DNA of 64,000 nucleotides, taken from Anthoceros angustus. Taxonomy: Eukaryota; Plantae; Anthocerotophyta. Each line of letters opens with the position of its first letter. Position 1 is the first letter of the stretch. The notes under the pieces were generated by a model, which saw nothing but the letters and a program-made list of their open reading frames with translations, made no database searches and was not told the DNA's origin. A program made the translations under genes and the position numbers. This document shows positions 1 to 11,253 of the stretch, in pieces. The DNA lies in assembly GCA_010909165.1 (NCBI GenBank), contig VJWM01000106.1, positions 806,001 through 870,000 of the forward strand, given 5' to 3'.

Positions 1-2874
1 AGGCAGCAAGGGCAAGGGAAAGTGCACGGTTCGACGGAGATGTGACTGAGATCCAGCGTGGCCATATGATTGCCGTTGCATGTGAGGCGGATGACCAAAA
101 CAGGCCTTTTTGGGTTGCAGAGGTGGAGAACCTAGATTTCGACTGTGACGAACCGTACCTGGTCGTGCAATGGTGGGTTACGGAGAACAGTAATGCATTT
201 GAAGGCCGATATATACCCGAAGAGATTTTGCCACAATCAGTGGACAAGAATGCTCTACGTCAAAGGCGGAAGCGTCCGAAGCATCTCGATTGCCTTGTGG
301 TGGCGGAGACCTTTATTCTTTCATATGGGTTTGCCCTGACGCGAGAGAGCACGCTTTATGTGAGAACCCAAGAGCTCATAAAGACCAAGCTATTTGAACT
401 CCACCATATGCAAATCGGGAAGCTGGGAATAAGGACAACGGCTCAGCCCACCACCTTGAGGCGCGAGGAGAAACGTTTCACCACACACCATGGTCATCGA
501 ATGAAGGTCCAAGCCCGTCCAAAGCAAGACCATGTGCTAGAATGCATTGCTTGGATGGACCAATTTTTAAGATAATGCGGCGCATGCCAAATGTTGCGGT
601 GTTCAACCTGCCTGACTCCTATACGAAGGGCGAGATCTTCCAAGACTACAAACGGGAGGTGGCACGGGCAGGGATGTCAAACGTATCTCACTCTCATTTT
701 TGCGCATTATGGAAGATGCACTTCCCAAATGTCAAGATCCCCAAGTGCAGCCGCTTTTCCAAATGTGTACAGTGTGAAACTATCAAGACGGCCATTCAGA
801 TTACGACAGATCGACGAGACCAAGGTAGGTCCAAGTGCGCGCGCAAGTGCGCGCGCAAGTGCGCGCGCAAGTGCGCGCGCAAGTGCGCGCGCAAGTGCGC
901 GCGCGCGCAAGTGCGCGCGCAAGTGCGCGCGCAAGTGCGCGCGCAAGTGCGCGCGCAAGTGCGGCGCGCGCAAGTGCGCGCGCAAGTGCGGCGCGCGCAA
1001 GTGCGCGCGCAAGTGCGCGCGCAAGTGCGCGCGCAAGTGCGCGCGCAAGTGCGCGCGCGCCTCCTTGCAGTGGAGCCCTATCTGCACTTATTCTCCGCTA
1101 TGCAATATCTGAATCTCACATCTTCATGGTTTCTTTGGCGTAACGCTTTGAGAGCGAATCTGCGGTCACGAGTTCGCTTAAAACAAGAGCGATCAAGCTA
1201 AGCATCGGCTGAAGTCGCGGACAACCCAAATATATTGGAATTGCTATAGATGGTATGGACGAGCAAGACCGAGCTCCGCACTTCAGGGGCCTCCAAAAGA
1301 TTTCGCCGATGGGTTAATTCGTGTTCATGTTGTTGGTTGTTTGGTATACAATAATGTGATGAAGACGAAGGTGTATGTCAACTATCCGAACATCCGCAAT
1401 GATGCCAACCTGACGATACATATTATTCAAGATATTATACTCAACTATGACGGTGTCTTGCCAAAGACCTTTACCTTCAATTGGACAACACCGCGAGAGA
1501 ACAAGAATATGCCGTTGTTTGCATATCCGAGTATGTTGGTGAAGAAGCGGGTATTCGAGAAGGTTAAAGTTGGATTCCTTCTTGTCGGGCACACCCATGA
1601 TTGATGGATCAAATGTTCTCTTGTTTTTCAAAAGTCTAAGACATAAGAAGGCAATGTCGCTACCAACTCGATGACGCTTATTGAACAAGCGTATACCCCA
1701 AATCCAGTGAAAGTGATTACCGGTGTTATGGATTCAAGGTATGTATGGCCTTGGTATGGGCAAAAGGGGGCACGGATGCTTGGACGCTTGAACAACCATA
1801 GTTATCAACATCAATTTAAAATCACGAGGAAGAACGCAGCGGGGCCATGGTTGTAGTGCCGCGGCAAATATTTATCAACCACACCTCACGGGAACCCGAC
1901 GAGGGACTTGAGTTTCTTCGCCTCATCCCGAAACCCCATCTGGGGCACCTCTGTGCACTACAAGTACATGGGAAAGCTCCATCCCAACCCTCATAGATCA
2001 TTGGATGGCATCGGAAGGCACTCAAGAGCCGATGCAAGTACCTTACCAAAGGCCGACAAGATATGGTGGAACGGCTTTTGGGAGTCACAAGCGCGATGCA
2101 CAAAATCTCCGTGCCGACTATGAGCTAGAGATACCATGGCGGTACAATCGGGTAGAGGCGAGCGAAATAGCGATACCATCCTTGTGCGGATGTTCGGCTT
2201 CTCGGGTCCGAGCAAGGAACGAGGGCCAAGGCAAATGTACCTTGGTAATTATATCCGGCGGCAAGGGCAAGGGAAAGTGCACTTCGACGGAGATGTGATC
2301 GAGATCCAGTGGCCATATGATTGCCGTTGCATGTGAGGCGGATGACCAAAACAGGCCTTTTTGGGTTGCAGAGGTGGAGAACCTAGATTTCGACTGTGAC
2401 GAACCGTACCTGGTCGTGCAATGGTGGGTTACGGAGAACAGCAATGCATTTGAAGGCCGTTATATACCCGAAGAGATTTTGCCACCGAACTGTGCGGACA
2501 AGAATGCTCTACGTCAAAGGCGGAAGCGTCCGAAGCATCTCGATTGCCTTGTGCTGGCGGAGACCTTTATTCTTTCATATGGGTTTGCCCTGACGCGAGA
2601 GAGCACGCTTTATGTGAGAACCCAAGAGCTCATAAAGACCAAGCTATTTGAACTCCACCATATGCAAATCGCGGAAGCTGGAATAAGGACAACGGCCCAC
2701 CACCTTGAGGCGAGGAGAAACGTTTCACCACACACCATGGTCAATGATATTAAAACCCAAGACCATGTTCGAGTTGAGGATGATCCGCTAGTCCATGCCG
2801 CCAAAGCATTAGTTCGGACCAATTGCGACGGACACGCGGACGAGGTAATGGAGATCCTAACTGCGGGTTTTTGA
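1..2874 (+). mobile_element. Decayed, frameshifted DDD-type DNA transposase (Sola-like), arranged as a head-to-tail partial tandem
   Basis: Reading across frameshifts gives FCALWKMHFPNVKIPKCSRFSKCVQC (~700-780), IAIDGMD(Q)SKT (~1240-1270), QLDNT.RENKN (~1478-1508) and FLLVGHTH(E)DIDQMFS (~1575-1620), i.e. three acidic catalytic motifs. Bases 1-~495 recur at ~2257-2745 (ORFs 42..575 and 2317..2874 nearly identical). Superfamily assignment is from recalled motifs only. Confidence 0.6.
832..1060. repeat. GC-rich 12-bp tandem repeat (GCGCAAGTGCGC)n, ~19 units
   Basis: Directly visible. It produces the RAQV/ARKC/ASAR low-complexity ORFs and follows a GTAGGT donor-like site at 825. Confidence 0.95.
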
Positions 2875-4029
2875 AGGCATGTTTGAAGATAGCTCCCAAC
2901 CAGCGTCCGACGGACGAAGGAAAAACGGGCAGCGTAATGACCATGTTTGTCCTCTCAGAATTGCGATCCCTCATGGTAGATGGAAGAGATGATCTTCCGC
3001 ACACCATTGAGTATCACCTACATTGGAATAATAGCGATTTTGCATTGCGCTTGATTTGCAAACTTCATCTGTCCAATAATTTCATATTGTTAATCATTTT
3101 GGATACGGACCAATTTATAATTACATGCATCATGAGCGTTAGTGCTGTGCCAGCGCGCACTCATATCCGGATGCAAGCCGAGCAAACCCCACGCTCGATG
3201 ACATGAAGACATGCTAAAAACCTAGCAAAACACATATTTAATTTCATTCACACCTCCTTAAATGGCTCTTTCACCTTTGGAGGAGTGCAGTGGGGCCAAA
3301 ACATGCGAGCAGGGCACCACAGGAAGACATCAACATATTCCAAGTCAAGTGCACATCTTGAAAACCAGAAAACATCCATGGGCATTTTTGCCTAAAAAAA
3401 GACGGACTTTTTGCCTAAACCCCTTATTACCGGAGAAACCCCTTTCTACCCAGACGCTGTTTGTTGTGTTACTGATTTTGATTAGGGAAGATCACCATAT
3501 GTGAAAGTATGTATGTAAAGAGTGGGTTGCCGCATACCATGCAAGCACCTAAGTAAAAGAGACATGTGGGGGACTGCGAAGCGATTAGATTCTTAGTGCA
3601 AGCCCTCAGAGTACACACAATAGGAGGTTCGTATCTAACCCCTGGCTATGCAATCTATGTGAACCCTCGTTTCAATAGTTCACAATTCAAGCCTTCACAA
3701 TTCAGGTTTTGCCTTCATAGGTGACGTTGAGAGGTCCCACGCATGTGGGAATAATGGGTGGCTATGAATTAGCTCACTAGGATTGCGTGTACTTGAAATT
3801 GGCATCAAGATGTCGGGTCAGATCGTGCGGGTGAAGGCGGTCAGCATTGCTACTGCATAGGCCTGCGCCTAGGCAGACCAAAGCGGCACAGTTTTTCCAA
3901 CTTGGAAACTATATGTGCTGAGAGGCGCCTGATTGCTACAAAGGCAGCGCTCCATGGCGGCTCAAATTTCTAAAAACTATTGGGGTGGAGTGTGAGGGAC
4001 GGCGTTGTGAGTTTGTGAGGATAGACTCA

Positions 4030-5155
4030 ATGGGAGTCTGTCGATCGTGAGGTGTGTAGGTTAACATTGAAGGACTGAACTGTGGTAGCATGGACTGTCT
4101 TGAGTAGGCCGTAGATGGTCGTCGCAGGTTCTCGCAGGTTCCTGGCTTTTGGCTCGACCTTTTGCACCCAGGCCTTTTGATTCACAACGGCTTCTTTTTC
4201 TACCACGATGCAGTTCCACATGGGCTCGGTCCAACCTCTGGGCCTGTTCTCTCACAACCTGTAGGTGTCGAGCCCTTTTGGACAACTTTGGGACCCACTT
4301 AGCTCGCTGTCCAATTTGTGGGCAGCGCATTGCCACACACGACGCTATCCGAGACGTAATGTTCTCCATTGCCAGTGAGAGCGGATTCTTTCCTTTCAAG
4401 GAGTGCCCATGTACTTTGTCTAATGGCATTTCTTTCTAGGATGACCTATTTCTGACCCGGGAGGACCAGGTCGTTGTTGCAAATGTTGTTGTAATAGACC
4501 CTACTCGGAACATCGTCTGCGAACATGTCATCATCAACTCTCCAGGTTGGGCGGCGTAGGGATGCGCTACGGCCAAGGTTCAAAAGTACACCCTCATGCA
4601 GGACAGCCATGCTTTCATTCTCCTTGCTATTGAGACTCACGGGGGCATGGGCAAGGAATTCTTGAGGTTTATCAAGGCTTGTGCTAAAGCATACCACATC
4701 TACAAGAACGCAGTAGCTCTCCCTCTGTCCTATGTGGTGGCTTCTTCCGGCAACGAGAATCCATGATTCTGCAGAGGATGTTGGCAAACGGAAATTTCAG
4801 GACGGCTTTGCACGCTGGGGACTTAACATCTTCAGCTCCAGTGGTAAGTAGACCCTTCCTCAATCGAGATGACATCTTGGAAGCAGTAGGTAGCTTCAAG
4901 GTGGACAAGCGGGGGGCTAGTCCCCCTTGGCCTGGGGGCCTTTAGAGGGTTGTTCCCCATCGCCCCAATGCAACTTCAAGGTGGACAAGCGGGGGGCTAG
5001 TCCCCCTTGGCCTGGGGGCCTTTAGAGGGTTGTTCCCCATCGCCCCAATGCAACTTCAAGGTGGACAAGCGGGGGGCTAGTCCCCCTGGCATGGGGCCCT
5101 TTAGAGGGTGGTTCCCCATCGCCCTCGGGGCCCTCTAGAGGGTTGTTCCCCTCGC
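4030..5155 (+). mobile_element. 3' fragment of a CRE-like non-LTR retrotransposon (zinc knuckle plus restriction-like endonuclease region), decayed
   Basis: Translation gives AGSWLLARP, CRCRALLDNFGTHLARCPICGQRIATHDAIRD (C-x-C..H..C knuckle), D-VVV-IDP, K-V-QKY, F-I-L-L-A-I-E-T-H-G-G-M-G and QR.S..LQR, with stops and frameshifts. Followed by an 80-bp tandem repeat. 5' boundary is approximate. Confidence 0.65.
4894..5155. repeat. 80-bp tandem repeat, ~3 copies, at the 3' end of the CRE-like element
   Basis: Unit cttcaaggtggacaagcggggggctag...ccccaatgcaa starts at 4894, 4974 and 5054; a partial copy runs to ~5155. Confidence 0.95.
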
Positions 5156-5522
5156 TCCTCTGCAGCTGGGACTTCCCATGTCTACATATTTACCAAGTCT
5201 CTAAGTTCTCATTTAAAATTTGAAATATTATTTTAAATATAATTTAAAAATCAAACTATTCGACACGCCCAATACCGCAGCTCCCTACGATATTCAATGA
5301 TTCAATGCCTGCAATATACTTCCGTTCAACGTACTGCCCTAAAAACGTTCACGCGCCCGGTCAAGGCCCTTTCGAAATGGAGCGAACGCAGCTCGAAGTT
5401 GAAATGTCACTTCGGCTTTTATGTGGCCCTCCATCTGTTGCACCCAAAACCCCCCTACAACCGGTTCTACATGTCGCTACTTCCTTACTAAATGCGGGCC
5501 TTGGGAAATTGCAGCCTAGAGC

Positions 5523-6305
5523 CTAGAGGAATTTCCTTGCCAGGTCTCGGACTCTCTAGTCGAAGAACGCCGAAGTGATCCGAGATCCTAGCACGTACAA
5601 AGGATTCAGCAAAATCGGCTCCGCACCGCATTCAGGCGTGCCGTCCGTTAGAAGTTCAAGAATAGAAGGATCGAACATCCACCAAGACGCTCATGGACAA
5701 CGCCAATCACCCATGCAGCCCACCTTGGTGTAGAGTTCATGAACCTCCTGGACGGCACTCTTGATGCCGTGTACATTCCGCGCGTCGTGAATCAGCATCA
5801 ACCTCGTACATATGTGCCAGGAGTCAAGGCTGAACTTCAAGACAGGCACACTTAGACAATTCTGGGTGGTAACTACTAATGAGGTCGATGCAAGACTTGG
5901 ATGTGACCAGCGGAGACGTAAACCCACACACGTAGGTCGTTGAATTTGTCAACCACTTTCAGGAACCCATGATACACCATGGTGCTCAGAAGGGTGTGAT
6001 CACTGACTCTGCAACCTGCCACACTGCTGGGATCGCACGCACTCACATGGCGTTGTTAGTCCAGACAAGGCCAAATGGGAAAAAAAAACTGGTGAAGATG
6101 CATTCCCTCGCCTTTCTACACATTCACAGGAGGCTGGATCATGTAAGCTGCCATCCGGCCTCCGAGCTGACCCACATCCACCACAGCCCGCAAGTACAAA
6201 CCCTAGAATGCCCTGACACTGCACCTTAGGTGCAGTGCCCAGTTGGCTCTCGTGAATGGAGCAATCGTTACGCGCCACAATCACAAAGCATGCCGTGCTG
6301 CCCAC
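5523..6305 (-). pseudogene. TRAPPC2: TRAPP complex subunit 2 (sedlin/TRS20) pseudogene, 5 exons
   Basis: Exon pieces on the minus strand: (GTG)GSTACFVIVARNDCSIHESQLGTAPK; KGEGMHLHQF..DLVWTNNAM; FLKVVDKFNDLRVWVYVSAGH; TRLMLIHDARNVHGIKSAVQEVHELYTK; ILLNPLYVLGSRITSAFFD*RVRDLARKFL*. Lesions: ATG replaced by GTG, internal deletion, damaged acceptor, 4-nt frameshift, in-frame TAG. Confidence 0.85.
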
Positions 6306-7584
6306 CTGCTTCTGCCCCCCGGTACGCAGCGCAAGCACGTACACTGCCACACATGAGGTTTCAGACACCTCCCTGCAAATGGAACGATGGCCTGGAGGTC
6401 CAAGCTGCCCCAGGTGCTTCAGCAGATACGCGTCCACCTCTGCCAGACCTCGGTTTCTAGCGATGAAGCCAGGGAGTCTGTGGTAAGCAATCACTGAGGA
6501 GCCGGGATTTGCACGGCCAGGACGGCCATCGGATTGTGCTCAACCTGGGGAAGCTGGCAGGGACGAGCAGTTAGGGACAAGGGGTTCATGAGATTACCAG
6601 GCCTCGTACACCTCTGTTGGCGAGGCCATTTTGCCTCTCTAGGTGGATGGACAAAATTCCAACCACAGTTAAAGAGAACGATTGTCATGGTTGGAGTGTG
6701 GGTGCGATTGTACATCACTAGTAGCAAAGGTTGCAAGCGGAACTTGCAACACAGGCTTTGGGAAAACCTGAGAATTGGTGCACAGCTGAATGGTGTACAG
6801 GAAGTCTACCTTACGTTTCGTTTGCTGGGGGACTGATAAGTCGTTGACACTGAGCCAAATTTTCACCTCGTGAGCATTTCCCTGATAATTCTCAACAAAC
6901 CAAGGCAATCAGCAGTAGACACGAGAGTAAAGAAACGACAAGCAAGTCGAAGCTGCAGAGGCGAATCACGCAAGTCTGTGGATGGCGTGACTGGCAAGAT
7001 GTAGTTGGAAGGGCCCTGTTGTACCTATTACTCGTGAAGGAAAGAGTAGCCTATGACAGATCATAGGTCCTTCATATGTGACTCCCGTAGGAACTTCGCC
7101 CGGAATGCGATCATTTGCTGGCATGCCTTGTATACTAGCCCAGCGAGAGAGCTCCCTGCAAGAGTTTCCAAGAGCAAGGTTAAATTCTGGACGACGTTGG
7201 TTGACATGAGGTTTGGTCTAAAAATCTCTAGTACCGCAGGAAGACGTCATGACCTACACTTTGGACATTCAAGCGCCCTAGAATCATATACCATGTCCAA
7301 TGAATATCCACCTGCCATGTGAAAAAATTAACGGATAATCGTCAAGACAGTAGTGACAGGCTTGGCATGTACGCATGTACCAGGGAGACAGAAAAGACCT
7401 GAAGATGAGTTCTCAAGTAATGGGAACACCAGCATACAGGTGAGCTGCATCTGAGCCAAGTTGAAGGATTTTTCTAGTGATGGGCCAAGTCGAAGATTAC
7501 CAGAGATGCGGGCTCACAAAAGGACGCCCTTCCTTTTGCACTGGAGTCCTTTCCAAGATAATGTGCGTGAAGATAATTTCCGTG

Positions 7585-10332
7585 TTATAGATGCCCTGCC
7601 TTTTTCAGCTCCAAGCCTACTTTTTCCAAGACCTCATACAGTTCTCTGTTCTGCGGGTGCTTGCCATCTCCCACCAGAAAGGAATGTGCTTCCTCCTCAT
7701 GCTGAATCCAGCTCCTACCAGGTTCTTTCAAGACGCATTCCTTGTCTCTCAACTTCCCCACCTCCCTTGCAGCATCCGAAAGGCCAGCATCGAAATAAAT
7801 GTGAGCCATCATTGCATATGCAGCAGCATGCTTTGGCTGCAGATACAAAGCGTAACCAAATGCCCGTTCAGCCAGTACTACATTACCGTGTTTGCGACAG
7901 GCAGCCAACACAGTCAACCATATGGCCAAGTTGGGTTCCATTGGAATTGTTGACAGCAATTGCTCCAACCTTGTGAAGCATCCTGCTCGTCCAAGGAGAT
8001 CAACCACACTGACATAATGCTCGACCTCTGGAGTCAGACCATAATCTCTGCTCATAGATTCGAACAACTCAATACCAGTATTCACTTGACCAGCATGACT
8101 GCATGCAGAGATAAGTGACAGGAATGTCACCTTCGTCGGATTAAGACCAGCCAACTGCATCTTCTTGTAACATTCCAGGGCCTGTTGCCAGCATCCATGC
8201 TGAGCATAAACGGCTATCATGGTATTCCACGTCACAACATCTCTTGTGACTAGGTTGTCAAAGAGCCAACGAGCATCATCTAGGCTGCCACATTTTGCAT
8301 ACATGTCAACTAGGCAGTTGCCAATTACCATGTCAGCTTCCAATCCCCTTTCCCGAATTTGAGCATGAAGCTCCTTCCCGTGATGCAGGGCTGCAATGCT
8401 TGCACATGCCTTGAGGAGGCAGACGAATGTGACGTGATCACTTGGAGTGATCCCCTCTTGCTGCATACTTGAATAGAGAGCCAGGGCCTCTTGCCCAAGC
8501 CCATGCTGAGCGTATCCAGCAAGCATGGCATTCCACATTACTGCGTCTTTCAAGGCCACACTGTCAAAAAACCTGCGGGCATCAATTAAGCTCCCACACT
8601 TTGCATACATGTCCACCAGGCAGCTGCCAATGACAAGGTCAGATTCTAATCCTCTTTGCCGGATCTGGAGATGCAGTTCCTTTCCCTGATTCAGGGCTGC
8701 AATGCTGGCACACGCTTTCAGGAGGCTCACAAAAGTAAAACCATCGGCAGAAGTGATGCCCTCCTGTGACATACTCGCGTAAAGGGCCAGGGCTTCTTGC
8801 CCATGCCCATGCTGAACATATCCTGCTAGCATGACGTTCCACGTCACCACATCTCGGGTGCACAAATTGTCAAACACGCTGCGGGCATCAGCTAGGCTCC
8901 CACATTTAGAATACATGTCTACCAGGCAGTTGCCAATGACCAGGTCAGATTCCAGTCCTCTTTCTCTGATTTGACAATGAACACGCTTTCCTTCGTGTAG
9001 TGCTGCAATGCTGGCACAAGCTTTCAGCAGGCATACGAATGTGACTTGATCAGCCACACTGAGGCCTTCCTGTTGCATAAGAGAATAAACTGTAAGAGCT
9101 TCTTGCCCAAGTCCATGGTGAGCATATCCGGCAAGCATAGCAGTCCAGGTCACCACATCTCTATTGGACATATTGTCAAACACCCTGCGGGCCTCATCCA
9201 AGCTCCCACATTTTGCATACATGTCCACCAGGCAGTTGCCAATGGCCTGGACAGATTCCAGGCCACATTCCTTTAGCCGTGAATGGAGCTGTTTCCCCTG
9301 TTGTAGAGCAGAACTGCTAGCACAAGCCTTGAGGAGGCACACATAAGTGATCTGATCAGCTGAAATGCCCTCATGTTGCATGCTTGCATAGAGGTCAAGG
9401 GTTTCTTGTCCATGCCCCTGCTGGGCATATCCTGCCAACATAGCATTCCATGCAACCACATCTCTTGTGGCCAAACTGTCAAACACCTCCCGAGCATTAC
9501 CCAAGCTTCCGCACTTTGCATACATGTCTACCAGGCAGCTGCCTACAAAAACATTGGGCACAACAGAGCACCTCATCAAAACATCAGCATGGACCTGCCT
9601 GCCTGATTGTAGATCTCCCGCACTGGCACATGCCTTAAGGACAGCCACGAACACATGGTTGTCTGGCACAACAGTCAACTCTCGCATCTGACAATACAAT
9701 CTTATCGCTTGCCTAGGCTGCCCATGTTCAGCATGAGCCAAGATAATGCAAGACCACGAATAAGCATTTGGGTCAAACAGTCTGGTGAAGACCTGCAAGG
9801 CCTCCTGCAACCTCCCCTGCGAAGCGTACATTCGAATGATGTGATTGCCCAAAAACCTGTTCGCCTCGTACCCACTTCCAACAACAAGGGCATGCACTGC
9901 ATCGCCAACAAGCACATTCTTCGTCCTTACAAACCTCTGAAGGACTCCGAGATACAAGAGAGACGGGGGAACATACGACCCTCGCCGTACCAGGAGATGC
10001 AACAGCTCAGCAGCCTCATCACATAGTTCATCGGCCCCTCCAAATTGTACCACCCTGGACAACCCTGATGCCACTGGTTCCCATCCCAGCTTTCCAGCCG
10101 CCCTGGCCGAGTCTGGACTCAATGGCTCCCACCCTTGTTTGGCAGATAGGTGACGCCCGACAAGACGTGTCGGACCCCTATTCCCGCATACGAAGAAGAC
10201 ACCTTGGGAACTCACCCCTACACCTGGGGGCTTAGAGCCGCTATCCGACTGCAGGAGTCGAGGGACCAAGAGTAGGCAGCGGGGGAGCCGGAGCGGACTG
10301 TGGATGTGCCCGAGCTTGTGGCATACGCTCAT
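7585..10332 (-). CDS. PLS-class PPR protein, E1/E2/E+ (PG box, no complete DYW); organellar RNA-editing specificity factor
   Basis: Intronless ORF. First in-frame ATG is at 10332 (the track start 10344 is GTG). Repeated DVV.WNAMLAGY / TFVCLLKAC / GNCLVDMYAKCG motifs, EHYVSVVDLLGRAG (S2), then KEPGRSWIQH and a stop after ELKKAGHL. Confidence 0.93.
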   Translation of the reverse strand: MSVCHKLGHIHSPLRLPRCLLLVPRLLQSDSGSKPPGVGVSSQGVFFVCGNRGPTRLVGRHLSAKQGWEPLSPDSARAAGKLGWEPVASGLSRVVQFGGADELCDEAAELLHLLVRRGSYVPPSLLYLGVLQRFVRTKNVLVGDAVHALVVGSGYEANRFLGNHIIRMYASQGRLQEALQVFTRLFDPNAYSWSCIILAHAEHGQPRQAIRLYCQMRELTVVPDNHVFVAVLKACASAGDLQSGRQVHADVLMRCSVVPNVFVGSCLVDMYAKCGSLGNAREVFDSLATRDVVAWNAMLAGYAQQGHGQETLDLYASMQHEGISADQITYVCLLKACASSSALQQGKQLHSRLKECGLESVQAIGNCLVDMYAKCGSLDEARRVFDNMSNRDVVTWTAMLAGYAHHGLGQEALTVYSLMQQEGLSVADQVTFVCLLKACASIAALHEGKRVHCQIRERGLESDLVIGNCLVDMYSKCGSLADARSVFDNLCTRDVVTWNVMLAGYVQHGHGQEALALYASMSQEGITSADGFTFVSLLKACASIAALNQGKELHLQIRQRGLESDLVIGSCLVDMYAKCGSLIDARRFFDSVALKDAVMWNAMLAGYAQHGLGQEALALYSSMQQEGITPSDHVTFVCLLKACASIAALHHGKELHAQIRERGLEADMVIGNCLVDMYAKCGSLDDARWLFDNLVTRDVVTWNTMIAVYAQHGCWQQALECYKKMQLAGLNPTKVTFLSLISACSHAGQVNTGIELFESMSRDYGLTPEVEHYVSVVDLLGRAGCFTRLEQLLSTIPMEPNLAIWLTVLAACRKHGNVVLAERAFGYALYLQPKHAAAYAMMAHIYFDAGLSDAAREVGKLRDKECVLKEPGRSWIQHEEEAHSFLVGDGKHPQNRELYEVLEKVGLELKKAGHL

Positions 10333-11144
10333 CGCATCAGCCACACCATGGATTCTTCGGCAGCATGGATGTCGACCCAGCTACTCTCCTAGCGAAGACG
10401 CCACCCACAAGCATAGCTCATTCTACCGAATCCGGTCGTTGTGGAGGCCGAGGCAACCTATCCCACTACTTGCCACACCGCTGATACAGAACCCGGTAGG
10501 GATCGAAAAGTGAATTCAACCGTTGTGTTCTTTCATTGGCAAGACCACGAAGGGCTGGGCCGAGCTCGGGCGTGATTCTCCAGGTTCTTGGGTGATGACG
10601 TTCTCACATCCTCCACATCTTCCAGCCAACCTCAGCAAGAGAAGAGGATTTGGCTGCCATTGCCGTGACGTCCTTCCTACAGCGCATGTGCCAAACGCCG
10701 TCCGAATTCCTAAAGTGTGTTTTGTGTATGGTATGTAAGCGGACAGGCTGTTGAACACATTTGTCCTCAACAAACAGATCTGACTTCACCAGGATGTATG
10801 AGATGTCTAGTTCCCTCGCTCAACAAATGACCGCTCTCACCACAGCCCAAAAGACTGAAGCAATGACAAATTTCCGCTCGTTCATCACAAAATTTCAATC
10901 TCCTGAAATTGCCCGCCAACCGCTCTGAAATTTCTGCAATCCGGTCCAATTCCTTCCGGCGTTGAATTCGGCGTCGTGATCGGGGTGCCCAAGGCGGAAA
11001 TCAAAATTTAGGAAGAAAGAAGAGATGGAGCAGCACGATGGACACGAGGAACGTCGTAACTGGGCGGCAGGGAAGGATTAGCTGCGGGGATCGTGTCATC
11101 CAGTCCAGCAAAGGCGCGCCTCAGCCTCATTCCTTCCCTCGAGC

Positions 11145-11150
11145 TATAAG
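11145..11150 (+). promoter_or_regulatory. Putative TATA box of the Lhcb gene
   Basis: TATAAG about 110 bp upstream of the ATG at 11254; position is plausible but not proven. Confidence 0.4.
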
Positions 11151-11253
11151 AGCCTGCGACCAGCTCCGGGCTCCCTCAACTTCATCCCACGATCTGCTCG
11201 CTCTACACGAAGGCGCCTCTCCAAGCACCGGTACCTCCCACGCAGCAGCAGCC

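Noticed and set aside
542-1201. RAQV/ARKC/ASAR repeat proteins in four frames
   Set aside because: By-products of the 12-bp satellite, which has no stop codons; it probably lies in an intron.
5556-5562. In-frame TAG in TRAPPC2 rescued by U-to-C editing
   Set aside because: U-to-C editing is organellar, and the locus has several other independent lesions.
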